Assembly: GCA_047285305.1 (NCBI GenBank)
Contig: JBJBDL010000003.1
Location: forward strand, 480,001-544,000
Length of the DNA: 64,000 nt
Direction of reading: 5' to 3'
Source: Synechococcus sp.
Lineage (GTDB): Bacteria; Cyanobacteriota; Cyanobacteriia; PCC-6307; Cyanobiaceae
Shown: positions 1-8,480 of the stretch, in pieces
Layout: each line of letters opens with the position of its first letter
Numbering within the stretch: the first letter of the stretch is position 1
Notes under the pieces: model-generated
The model's input: only the letters and a program-made list of their open reading frames with translations
Databases searched by the model: none
Told to the model about the DNA's origin: nothing
Program-made: the position numbers and the translations under genes

Positions 1-65
1 GCTAAGGCTGCTGCGCACATGGGCTGAACGGCTCGGCGCTGGTGTCATTAGCCGAAACGTAGCAA

Positions 66-1307
66 TCAGGACTGGCTTGGTTGTGTGTCGGAGATGTCCG
101 GCAGTGGGCTGCCGGCCACCAGGCCGATCACGATCACCAGCACGGTTGCCGCAGCTGCAAATGGGCTCACTGGACCCAGCAGGTCGTAGCTCAATCCCGC
201 CAGGGGGGGGCCGAGGAAACTTCCCAAACTCTGCAGGGCCTGAAGGCTGCCTAGGGCGCTGCCTTGCCCTTCCCGACCCAGGCGCCGTGACACCAGGCTG
301 CGCAGGCTTGGTGTCACCAAGCCGGTGCCAAGGGCCAGGATGCCGACGGCAGTGAAGATGGCGCCGGCCCGATCGGATGCGCCGACGCTGGGGATCAGCA
401 GGCATCCAATGATCACCAGGCCCAGGCCCAGCAAGGTCAGACGCCATTCACCAAACCGTTTCACCAGGGGCCCGATCAGCCCTCCTTGCACCACGGTGGC
501 GACCACCCCCACCACGAGGAAGGCGGTGGTGGCGAGCTCAGGGCCCCAGCCGAAGCGTTGCTTGAAATAGAGCACCAGGATGGCGGTGAAGCCGTTGAAG
601 GCGAGGAAGAAGAGGAAAAAAGCTCCGCACAGTCGCCCCACGCTGGGGTTCATCAGCACCTGGCTCAGCCGTGCAAACGGATTGAGGTCGCGTTTTCTGG
701 GCAGGTTTTTGCGGGAGTCCTGGGGATGGGTTTCCGGCAGCAGATTGAGCACCACCAAGAGGTTGAGTGCAGCGAAGCCTGTGGCCACCCAAACCGGAAG
801 GGACACGGCCACCCGGGCCAGTTGCCCGCCAACGAAGGGGCCAAGGATGAACCCCAAGCCAAAGGCCACGCCGATCAAGCCGAAGGCACGGGCTCGCTTG
901 TCGGGCGGAGTGATGTCGGCGAGCACGGCGCTGGCTGTTGCCGCCGTACCGCCACTGATGCCATCAATGATCCGTGCTGCGAACAGCAACAGCAGGGGCA
1001 GCAGGCTTTGGCTGGGCCAAGGCAGTGAAACCGTCACGGCAAACAGGCCGAGCCCCACCACGGATCCTGCGACGCAGATGCTGATCACGGGGCGGCGGCC
1101 ATAGCGATCACTAAGCGCCCCGATCAAGGGGGTAACCAAGAACTGCGCCAGGGCATAGCTTCCGGCCAACAGACCCAGGGTTCGTCCATCTGGGGCGAAC
1201 TGGGCCAGGAGAAAGGGCAACAGCGGAAAAACAATGCTTTCGCTGAGCCGGTCGTTGAGCAGCGTGAGAAACGCGCTGAGCAGTGTGGGAATCCGAGGAC
1301 GCTGCAA
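66..1307 (-). CDS. MFS transporter (TetA/DHA1-like)
   Basis: Many hydrophobic helices; MFS motif A GALSDRYGRRP; probable TTG start at 1307 (ORF open to 1385). Confidence 0.85.
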   Translation of the reverse strand: MQRPRIPTLLSAFLTLLNDRLSESIVFPLLPFLLAQFAPDGRTLGLLAGSYALAQFLVTPLIGALSDRYGRRPVISICVAGSVVGLGLFAVTVSLPWPSQSLLPLLLLFAARIIDGISGGTAATASAVLADITPPDKRARAFGLIGVAFGLGFILGPFVGGQLARVAVSLPVWVATGFAALNLLVVLNLLPETHPQDSRKNLPRKRDLNPFARLSQVLMNPSVGRLCGAFFLFFLAFNGFTAILVLYFKQRFGWGPELATTAFLVVGVVATVVQGGLIGPLVKRFGEWRLTLLGLGLVIIGCLLIPSVGASDRAGAIFTAVGILALGTGLVTPSLRSLVSRRLGREGQGSALGSLQALQSLGSFLGPPLAGLSYDLLGPVSPFAAAATVLVIVIGLVAGSPLPDISDTQPSQS

Positions 1308-1352
1308 GCTTGTTGCCACGCAGGAGAGACTCACATTCCCACAGGCGGCTCC

Positions 1353-1820
1353 ATGGCTTTGCGTCCGATCGCTCCGGAGGATCAACCGCTGTTGCGGGAG
1401 ATCTATGCCGATGCGATCGAATCGCAGGCTCCTCTCCTTTATTCAGATGAACAAGTCAGGGCCTGGGCGGCTCTGGCCTGGTTGCCCGGCGTGCTCGATG
1501 CGAGTTTTCGGGAGGGCTCGGGATGGCTCACCACCGATGGTTCGGCCTTTGCGATCCGCCATCCCGAAAATCGTCTCTCGTTGCTCTACTGCCGTGGTTG
1601 TGCCTCGAGGCGGGGGCATGGCAGTGCCCTTCTGAACCAGATCGAAGCGGATGCGCTGGCGTCCGGCGTTCAACAATTACGAACGGAGGCCAGCCAGTTC
1701 AGCCGACCGTTGCTGAAGCGCCGTGGCTGGGAGGTGGAGGCGCCGGAAACGATCCTGATCGGAGGCGTTCCGTTCGAGCGCTATCGGATGGTCAAGCTGC
1801 TTCGCCAAGCGCAGAGTTGA
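1353..1820 (+). CDS. GNAT family N-acetyltransferase
   Basis: Acetyl-CoA motif SRRGHGSALL; 155 aa. Confidence 0.8.
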   Translation: MALRPIAPEDQPLLREIYADAIESQAPLLYSDEQVRAWAALAWLPGVLDASFREGSGWLTTDGSAFAIRHPENRLSLLYCRGCASRRGHGSALLNQIEADALASGVQQLRTEASQFSRPLLKRRGWEVEAPETILIGGVPFERYRMVKLLRQAQS

Positions 1821-2851
1821 TCGAGCATGGCTTGGGCCTGGCCTGTCTGTAGAACGGCCGCTGCCCGTTGAATGCCCTGTTCCAGGGATTCACTGCAGCC
1901 GGAGAACCACAGATAGGCCCCAGCGTTCCAGCGCAGGGCGTCGCAGAGAGGACCTTTGTTCTGCAGGGCGTTTCGCGCCTGATCTGCCCAGGTGTCATCG
2001 TCAGCCCATTCCACGTCGGCGTCGTGACAGCCGTGGTCACGGGGGTGCAGGATCAATCGCTCCGCCTTGCCGTTTCGCACCCGGGCCGTGATGCAGGCTC
2101 GGCCGATGGGCAGGTCGGTTCCTCCTTCCAACCCCTTCACGGTAAGAACATCGGTTTCGCCGGCTTGCTTGAGGGCTTCCCAGGCGCGGGCTTCTGTTGG
2201 TGGGTGGACAAAGCCACTCACAAGGAGGTGGTCGCCTTGGTGGGGTGTCCAGAGCAGTTCCAGGCTGGCAACTGGGGGACGCTTGCCTAGTTCCTCGCGG
2301 TAGCCGATCAGGGTTTCCGCAATGGGGAAGTGATCCGGCTGGTGAATCAGGGCAAAGCCGTTCTGCTGGAACCCGTCGGCAACGGCGCTGATCGGCAGAC
2401 CTGTGAGGTCGAGATCGAGAAGACGGAACAGATCAACAGCGGTGACGCCGTATTTGATCGGCATCCGGTCACCGCCCTGAAGAACCACCGGCTGCTCACA
2501 GGCCAGCAGCACCAGCGCGGTGAGCGGGTAAATCGGCGCTGTGCGCGTGCGCCCGTCGTAGGGCATGCCGAAACACAACGGTGCTCGATTGCTGGCGGTG
2601 GATTGCAGCACCGGGCCGTGGGCTCGGTAGGTGTCGAGCATCCCCGTGAGTTCCTGAGGTTCCGGCCGTCGGATGCGATGGGCAATCAGAAAGGCGCCGA
2701 TCTGTGCGGGCGTCGCTTCGCCCTGCAGCATCAGCTCCATGGCATCAGCCGCTTCCTCGCGACTCATGCCTTTGCTGGTGTGTTCACCGCTTCCCACCTT
2801 GCGCAGGTGCTGCTTGAAACGGTCGCGGCCGGAGAGAACTGCGCTCGTCAA
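1781..2851 (-). CDS. Anthranilate phosphoribosyltransferase-like / glycosyltransferase family 3 (YbiB-like) protein
   Basis: TrpD-type N-terminal helix PAQIGAFLIAHR; the canonical GTGGD PRPP loop is not evident. Confidence 0.75.
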   Translation of the reverse strand: MTSAVLSGRDRFKQHLRKVGSGEHTSKGMSREEAADAMELMLQGEATPAQIGAFLIAHRIRRPEPQELTGMLDTYRAHGPVLQSTASNRAPLCFGMPYDGRTRTAPIYPLTALVLLACEQPVVLQGGDRMPIKYGVTAVDLFRLLDLDLTGLPISAVADGFQQNGFALIHQPDHFPIAETLIGYREELGKRPPVASLELLWTPHQGDHLLVSGFVHPPTEARAWEALKQAGETDVLTVKGLEGGTDLPIGRACITARVRNGKAERLILHPRDHGCHDADVEWADDDTWADQARNALQNKGPLCDALRWNAGAYLWFSGCSESLEQGIQRAAAVLQTGQAQAMLDQLCAWRSSLTIR

Positions 2852-2903
2852 AGGTCCGGCCTCAAGCTGTGGTCAGTCTTCAGGAGCGACTGACCCAGTA
2901 GGG

Positions 2904-2917
2904 GTAGCAATTGCTAC
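2904..2917. promoter_or_regulatory. NtcA binding site (perfect palindrome GTAGCAATTGCTAC)
   Basis: GTA-N8-TAC; on the minus strand a -10-like AAGACT follows 23 nt downstream, ahead of the TrpD-like gene. Confidence 0.8.
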
Positions 2918-2923
2918 GAAACT

Positions 2924-3094
2924 TCAGGGCCTGCTCAGCCGGGATAGCCCCTCGAAGCTGCCATGGCGTGGGTGCTGCGGATGGTGGCGTCCTTCGGCGT
3001 AATAGAGCCGCTCCAGCATCAGTTGGGGAGCAGTTGTTGGTGGAAGGAATTGCGCCTGCAACAGGGTCGCCATGGATTGGAAGAATTGGCTCAT
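2924..3094 (-). CDS. 56-aa small protein divergent from cynS (possibly the CynH-type small cyanate hydratase)
   Basis: Manually translated MSQFFQSMATLLQAQFLPPTTAPQLMLERLYYAEGRHHPQHPRHGSFEGLSRLSRP*; not in the ORF track. Confidence 0.6.
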   Translation of the reverse strand: MSQFFQSMATLLQAQFLPPTTAPQLMLERLYYAEGRHHPQHPRHGSFEGLSRLSRP

Positions 3095-3177
3095 TGCAAA
3101 TTTCTTCGTTGGAACTAATTTCCCCCTATCAAGAGTCAGTTGGCTGTGTTTGTTGCTTCAAAATAGGCTGTTGTTTT

Positions 3178-3191
3178 GTAGTTGATGCTTC
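3178..3191 (+). promoter_or_regulatory. NtcA-like site upstream of cynS
   Basis: GTAgttgatgcTTC (one mismatch) in an AT-rich intergenic region. Confidence 0.5.
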
Positions 3192-3290
3192 ATTGTTCAG
3201 TCAGCGTTTGCGCAACAGTTTCCAAGCTGCTGAGACGTTCCAGCTTGGAACGCTGTTTTTAAAGCGGCCATAACAATTTTTCGTTTAATC

Positions 3291-3776
3291 ATGACTGTTT
3301 CAGCTGTTCCCTCGACCCCGTCGTTGGCAGCTCCTTCTCAGGAGACCGTCACCGCCACCTTGATGGCTGCCAAGAAGGCCAAGGGCATGAGCTTTGCTGA
3401 TCTGGAAGCTGCCCTGGGCCTCGATGAGGTCTGGGTTGCATCCCTGTTCTATGGACAAGCCACAGCTTCAAAAGAAGAGGCTGAAAAGCTGGCTGAGCTG
3501 CTTTCCCTTGACCCAGCCATCACTGCCGCTTTGCAGGAGTTTCCAACCAAGGGAAGCCTCGATCCGGTGATCCCCACTGATCCCTTGATCTATCGCTTCT
3601 ACGAGATCATGCAGGTCTATGGCATGCCCCTGAAGGATGTGATCCAGGAGCATTTCGGTGACGGCATCATGAGCGCGATCGACTTCACGCTTGATGTCGA
3701 CAAAGTGGAGGATCCCAAAGGTGATCGCGTCAAAATCACCATGTGCGGCAAGTTCCTGCCCTACAAAAAGTGGTGA
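3291..3776 (+). CDS. cynS: Cyanase (cyanate hydratase)
   Basis: [28 protein letters not shown] signature motifs. Confidence 0.97.
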   Translation: MTVSAVPSTPSLAAPSQETVTATLMAAKKAKGMSFADLEAALGLDEVWVASLFYGQATASKEEAEKLAELLSLDPAITAALQEFPTKGSLDPVIPTDPLIYRFYEIMQVYGMPLKDVIQEHFGDGIMSAIDFTLDVDKVEDPKGDRVKITMCGKFLPYKKW

Positions 3777-3804
3777 ACAACCAAGTGTCTTGATTGAAGA
3801 CATC

Positions 3805-3829
3805 AAGCCCTGCTGTTGCGGGGCTTTTT
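3805..3829 (+). terminator. Intrinsic terminator after cynS
   Basis: AAGCCCTGC-tgtt-GCGGGGCTT stem followed by a T-run. Confidence 0.7.
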
Positions 3830-4550
3830 ATTGGCGGAATTGTTGGCTCAGTTGGGTGCTGGCCATTTTCCGCCGAACGTCATCATTTAGCTCCTGGCTC
3901 AACTCCAGCAGGCAGCGCTGACTCGCAGGTGTGGCGATGCAACCGAGTGCGCGGAAGGCGGCCTCGGCAACAGGTAGGGAACCGTTGCCACAAAGTTCTG
4001 CCAGTTTTTCGCTGATCAAAACGCCATCGCGGCGTTGCAGAACCCGAATAGCGGCCACAACGACTGGATCGCGGAAATCACTCAACACCTCTTGGCAGAA
4101 CTGCAGCAGTTCGCCGTCGTCGAGGCAGTGGGACCGGAAGCTGAGCAGTTGAAGACCGGCAAGTCGGTGCAGTTGGCCCGGGTGATGCAGGCAATTCACC
4201 ACCACCGATTCGGGAACTTCGGCCCCCCAGCAGGCGAGAGCCTGAACCACCATCAGGTTGGCGGCTTCATCGTCCGAGGTTTGCTCGAGTTGAGCCAACA
4301 ACCAATCGCGGGCTTCGCTCTGGTGGCACAGCCCTGCCGCCATCACCAAATCGGGGAGAACCCCGTGGATGGCGAGGAGGTCTTGGATCACGGGCCAGCC
4401 GCGCTCGGCCTGCATGCCCAGTTTTTCGCAGAGGGCTCGCCGCAGATCAACAGAAAAGCTGGGGGAGTAGACCTCCCCCAGCCAAGCGGGCTCCAAAGGA
4501 GCGCGTCGAGATCGGGCGAGCCGTTCCCAGAGAACGGCTTCGTCGTTCAT
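3828..4550 (-). CDS. HEAT-repeat protein downstream of focA
   Basis: Leu/Ala-rich helical repeats (DFRDPVVVAAIRVL, VAEAAFRALG); ATG 7 nt after the focA stop. Confidence 0.7.
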   Translation of the reverse strand: MNDEAVLWERLARSRRAPLEPAWLGEVYSPSFSVDLRRALCEKLGMQAERGWPVIQDLLAIHGVLPDLVMAAGLCHQSEARDWLLAQLEQTSDDEAANLMVVQALACWGAEVPESVVVNCLHHPGQLHRLAGLQLLSFRSHCLDDGELLQFCQEVLSDFRDPVVVAAIRVLQRRDGVLISEKLAELCGNGSLPVAEAAFRALGCIATPASQRCLLELSQELNDDVRRKMASTQLSQQFRQ

Positions 4551-4557
4551 TGATGGA

Positions 4558-5445
4558 TCAGCGGGCACCCAGTTCAGCAGCGAGCTCACGCTCCAGCTTT
4601 TCATCGTGCTCGGTGGGCAGCACGTTCTCCATCGGCGTGCGATGGGTGCTGTAGAAGAGCATGCCGATGAACACCATGCCGCCCACGATGTTGCCAAGGG
4701 TGACAGGCAGGAAGTTCCAGAAGATCACCTTGGTGAAGGGGACGCCTGAACCGAGGATCGGACCAGCGGTGTGGAGGAACTGGTTCACAACGATGTGCTC
4801 CATGCCCATCGATTGGAAGGCGGTGATCGGAAGCCAGCAGGCCAGGATCTTGCCGGGAACGCTCTTGCTCACCAGAGCCATGGTCACGCCCAGGCAAACC
4901 AACCAGTTGGCCACGAGTCCGCGCAGGAAGGCGAGGAAGAAGCCCATGCTTCCCAGGGCCTCGTACTTCTTCTCCACGTTGATTTGATTGAGGGCCATGA
5001 TTTTCTGGGCCACGGCATCCCAGATCGGCGGGCCGACGTTGTCAGCAGCGCCATCCATGGTGCCGCTGGTGAGGCTGATGGCCATGATCACGGCCACAAC
5101 GGCGGTGCCGATCCAGTTGCCGATCCACACCCAGACCCAGTTGCGGAAGGTGGCACCCCAGGTGCTCTTGCCGGCCCAGGTGGCCATCGGCAGCAGGGCG
5201 AAGTTGCCTGTCACCAGCTCCATGCCAAACAGCACAATGCTGGCGAAGCCGAAGGGGAACAGCAGCGAGCCCACGAAGGGAGCTTTGACGGTGATGCCCA
5301 CGGTGAGGGCCAGGATCACCGCCAGGCCAAGGATGGCCCCGGAGTAAAAGCCACGGATCAGCAGGTTTTTCACGCTGACCGTTGATTTTTTGCCGCCGGC
5401 GGCAATCATGCCGTCGACAAGCTCATTGGGTAGGACGTAGTCCAT
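4558..5445 (-). CDS. focA: Formate/nitrite transporter (nitrite channel)
   Basis: FNT motifs ELVTGN, ANWLVCL, EHIVVN, GNIVGG; ATG at 5445. Confidence 0.93.
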   Translation of the reverse strand: MDYVLPNELVDGMIAAGGKKSTVSVKNLLIRGFYSGAILGLAVILALTVGITVKAPFVGSLLFPFGFASIVLFGMELVTGNFALLPMATWAGKSTWGATFRNWVWVWIGNWIGTAVVAVIMAISLTSGTMDGAADNVGPPIWDAVAQKIMALNQINVEKKYEALGSMGFFLAFLRGLVANWLVCLGVTMALVSKSVPGKILACWLPITAFQSMGMEHIVVNQFLHTAGPILGSGVPFTKVIFWNFLPVTLGNIVGGMVFIGMLFYSTHRTPMENVLPTEHDEKLERELAAELGAR

Positions 5446-5480
5446 CAGATGAGATTGAGAGTTGGACGAAGGTTTTGATG

Positions 5481-5615
5481 TCAACCGCTGATGCGGTTCA
5501 TCAGGCGGGAGAACAGATCAGGGCTGCCGCCCTGACGGTTGATGGCGGCTCCGTCGCGACCACTGGCGCTGAGCCAGTTGACGAAACGAGAGAACACGTC
5601 GTTGCGGTTGGCCAT
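5481..5615 (-). CDS. 44-aa microprotein with duplicated D(V/L)FSR motif
   Basis: Manual translation MANRNDVFSRFVNWLSASGRDGAAINRQGGSPDLFSRLMNRISG*; fills the nirA-focA gap on the same strand. Confidence 0.6.
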   Translation of the reverse strand: MANRNDVFSRFVNWLSASGRDGAAINRQGGSPDLFSRLMNRISG

Positions 5616-5685
5616 GACGGTGAGGGGGAGTGGTCGATGCGGGGAGCCGTGACTTCAAAAGGAAGCGTCACGGCCACAGCAGCGA

Positions 5686-7227
5686 TCAGGCCTTCGGGGT
5701 GGCCCCGAACTTCTCGATCAACACCTCTTTGAGAGCGGTCTTGATCTCATCGGCCGGGATCGCCTTGCGGTGGATTTCGCCGATGCTCGGGTTGGCGCCT
5801 TGGGAACCACCGATGGTCATCGTGTAGCCCTCTCCCATCACGCCTTCACTGTTTTTGGCCTTGGTGCCGGTGAGGCCGATGGCACCCATGTAGGCCTGGC
5901 CGCAGGTGTTGGGGCAACCGGTCCAGTGGATCTTCAGCTCTTCAGGAAGATTGAGCTCTTGGTCGAGTTCCTTGGCTGCTTCGAGCGCTTGGTCTTTGGT
6001 GTTGGTGAGGGCGAAACCGCAGTAGGTGTTGCCGGTGCAGGACACCGTTCCTGCGGAGATGTGACCGGGTTCCAGCGGGAAGCGTTGCACCAGGGCGTCT
6101 GCCTTCAGGGCGTCGAGCTTGTCGTTGGGAAGGCCAACGAGGATGACGTTCTGATCTTCGGTGAGACGCACTTCACCACTGCCGTAGTTGAGGCTGGCGG
6201 TTGCGAGATCCTGCAGATCCTGGGCGGTCAGGCGACCCACCGGAACGTGCAGTCCGGCGTAGGAGAGCCCTTCCTGTTTCTGAGGATGGTAGCCGTAGTG
6301 GGAGCGGGGCGTGGTGTTGAAAACAGAGCCCGGGTCGGGGGTCAACGGACCGAAGAGTTCTTCCACCTGGCTGCGGAACACGTCGTGGCCCACTTGATCC
6401 AGGTAGAGGCGGAAGCGGCCTTTGGGGCGCTTGTCGCGCTCACCGTTGTCACGCCAGAGCCGGATCACGGCATCGGTCATCTTGCAGATTTCCTCTGGCT
6501 TCACCCAGGCGTTCAAGGGAACGGCATAGGCGTTCATTTGCGATGACAGAACACCGCCGATCCAGACGCCAAATCCCATCACCCCATCCCGTTCCACGGG
6601 GTGGAAAACGATGTCGTTGTGGAGCAGAAAATTGTCTTTCGCACCGGCAACGGCGGTGTTCCACTTGCGGGGCAGGTTCGAATACTCCGGGTTGCCCTGG
6701 CAGTTGTTGGTCAGGAAGTTCTGCAGCTCGGTGGTGTAGGGCCGCGTGTCGACGATCTCGTTGGGATCGATGCCGGCGATGGGGTTGCCGGTGACGTTGC
6801 GGGGGTTGTCGAAGCCGGATTGGATCGTGCTCAGGCCGGCTTCCTTCAAACGCTTAAGGATTTCAGGCAGGTCGCCCAGCAGCACGCCGCGCAGTTGCAG
6901 GTTCTGACGGGTGGTGATGTCGCAGCTGCCGTTTTCGCCGTAGCGCTCAACGATGGAGCCAACCACCCGCAGCTGATCGGCCGTCAGCACGCCATTGGGC
7001 ACCCGCAGGCGCAGCATGAATTTGCCTGGCGTTTTCGGACGCCAGAACATGCCGTACCACTTCAAACGCAACTGAAGGTCGGTTTCATCCACCTGCTCCC
7101 AGCCGAGCTCGGCGAATTTTTCGATTTCGCTGCCGACCAACAGGCCATCTTTGGCCGCCTTGTTCTGCTCGATCTTGTTGAGCTTCTTGCCATCCAGGTA
7201 AGGCCTGGAGGGAGAGCTAATGGTCAT
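5686..7227 (-). CDS. nirA: Ferredoxin-nitrite reductase
   Basis: Siroheme/4Fe-4S ligands SCTGNTYC and TGCPNTCGQ; FMLRLRVPNG, TTRQNLQ. Confidence 0.97.
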   Translation of the reverse strand: MTISSPSRPYLDGKKLNKIEQNKAAKDGLLVGSEIEKFAELGWEQVDETDLQLRLKWYGMFWRPKTPGKFMLRLRVPNGVLTADQLRVVGSIVERYGENGSCDITTRQNLQLRGVLLGDLPEILKRLKEAGLSTIQSGFDNPRNVTGNPIAGIDPNEIVDTRPYTTELQNFLTNNCQGNPEYSNLPRKWNTAVAGAKDNFLLHNDIVFHPVERDGVMGFGVWIGGVLSSQMNAYAVPLNAWVKPEEICKMTDAVIRLWRDNGERDKRPKGRFRLYLDQVGHDVFRSQVEELFGPLTPDPGSVFNTTPRSHYGYHPQKQEGLSYAGLHVPVGRLTAQDLQDLATASLNYGSGEVRLTEDQNVILVGLPNDKLDALKADALVQRFPLEPGHISAGTVSCTGNTYCGFALTNTKDQALEAAKELDQELNLPEELKIHWTGCPNTCGQAYMGAIGLTGTKAKNSEGVMGEGYTMTIGGSQGANPSIGEIHRKAIPADEIKTALKEVLIEKFGATPKA

Positions 7228-7367
7228 AAGTCGATTAACGAGTGGGCGGATTGATTGCTCAGAGACGAGGTGCGAATCAATCGAGATGGCCCGAAGACCG
7301 ACAACGCTTCAAAACGAAGGGGAGCGTTGGGTTGACTGAATAAACACTGCGAAGGCAACCCGGGTCC

Positions 7368-7381
7368 GTAACAAAGGGAAC
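7368..7381 (-). promoter_or_regulatory. NtcA-like site, proximal nirA promoter
   Basis: Minus strand GTTccctttgtTAC with an AT-rich hexamer about 23 nt downstream. Confidence 0.6.
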
Positions 7382-7425
7382 ACTTTTTGCGTTGACCAAT
7401 GCACGGGCTTTGTTCTGTCCGATTT

Positions 7426-7439
7426 GTAAAACCGGCTAC
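7426..7439. promoter_or_regulatory. NtcA site, distal nirA promoter
   Basis: tGTAaaaccggcTACa, perfect consensus. Confidence 0.75.
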
Positions 7440-7484
7440 ATCTGACGGTTCCCGCGAGGCCGTAAAAGGCAACTTGTTTCTGCC

Positions 7485-7790
7485 TCAGTATTGGCGTCCG
7501 ATTTCGCCAACCATCCGCACCGCTCCGGCCCGGATCATCTGCCAAACCCGCTTCATCGCAGCGAAGTCTTGGTCGAGCTCGGAGGGCCCGGTGGGGCGGT
7601 CGAAGCTTCGGTCGTACAGGTCATGCCGGTCATAACGAGCCTCCCTGGGGTCGTATCCCCGGCTGTACCTCTCGTCCCGGACGTCGTACCGGTCGTCTCG
7701 GAAGTCGTACCGCTCAATCCGTCCGTCCAGCGGCTCCCGGTAGGAGCGGCTTTCCAATGGGGCACGATCAAAACGACGGCGGGGCGACAT
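7485..7790 (-). CDS. Hypothetical Arg/Asp/Tyr-rich low-complexity protein
   Basis: 101-aa ORF with RYD repeats and a C-terminal amphipathic helix. Confidence 0.6.
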   Translation of the reverse strand: MSPRRRFDRAPLESRSYREPLDGRIERYDFRDDRYDVRDERYSRGYDPREARYDRHDLYDRSFDRPTGPSELDQDFAAMKRVWQMIRAGAVRMVGEIGRQY

Positions 7791-7832
7791 GACTCATCCA
7801 ACGTTCACAACAACCCGATGACATCAGCCGGC

Positions 7833-8480
7833 ATGGTCATCGATCCGTGGCCATTGCTACGGAATGACGCTTCCGATGGGGGGCGGCAAGGGTTGCATCT
7901 GGTGGTGCATGGCCGCAGTGGCGGTGTTGTTCCTGAGTGTTTGGCCTCTTTGCCGGACCTTCTGGCTCAGCGGCGTTCGGCGCCCGTGCAGTTGGAGGTG
8001 CTGACGGCTGAACAACCCGTATCGGCGCTTCCACAATCCTCTTGGATCGTTCCGTTGCTGCTGCTGCCTGGGGCGCACGCCCGCACGGATGTGCCGGCGA
8101 TTCGCAACAGGCTTCGTAAGGCCGGAGCCAGTGTGCGTTTGCTGCCCTTTCTGGGCTCTTGGACCACGTGGTGGAACGCTGTGCTCTCAGCACTTCCGTC
8201 GTCTGAGCGCCGGGATGCCGTGCTGGTGCACCACCCCTTGCGCCCGGGTGTGGCGGATCGCTTCCTCGCGATGCTGGCGTCTCGCCTGGCTTTGCCCTTG
8301 GTTCCCTTTGATGCCTGGCCCGAGTTCCAGCAGCGTCACCCCAAGGCCCGGCCACTGCCATTAACCCTCGCTCCAAACCGCATGACGGATGCGTTGAGCG
8401 AAGCTGGTGGATTGCCTCCTCTGCTGGAGCATCCCCCCACCCGTCAGGCCCTGATCGATCTGCTTGTTTCTCTGCCGTGA
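7833..8480 (+). CDS. CbiX/SirB-like sirohydrochlorin chelatase
   Basis: LVVHGRS and PLLLLPGAHARTDVP motifs; adjacent to the uroporphyrinogen methyltransferase and nirA. Confidence 0.8.
   Translation: MVIDPWPLLRNDASDGGRQGLHLVVHGRSGGVVPECLASLPDLLAQRRSAPVQLEVLTAEQPVSALPQSSWIVPLLLLPGAHARTDVPAIRNRLRKAGASVRLLPFLGSWTTWWNAVLSALPSSERRDAVLVHHPLRPGVADRFLAMLASRLALPLVPFDAWPEFQQRHPKARPLPLTLAPNRMTDALSEAGGLPPLLEHPPTRQALIDLLVSLP

Noticed and set aside
1..65. Possible 3' end of a gene entering the window
   Set aside because: Too short to assign a frame or product.
7491..7832. N-terminal extension of the chelatase ORF in the track (329 aa); similar extensions on moaD, ureB, ureD, gpgS, aspS, gcvT and the HEAT gene
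   Set aside because: The extensions overlap neighbouring genes or promoters; downstream starts match expected family lengths, so these are not fusions.
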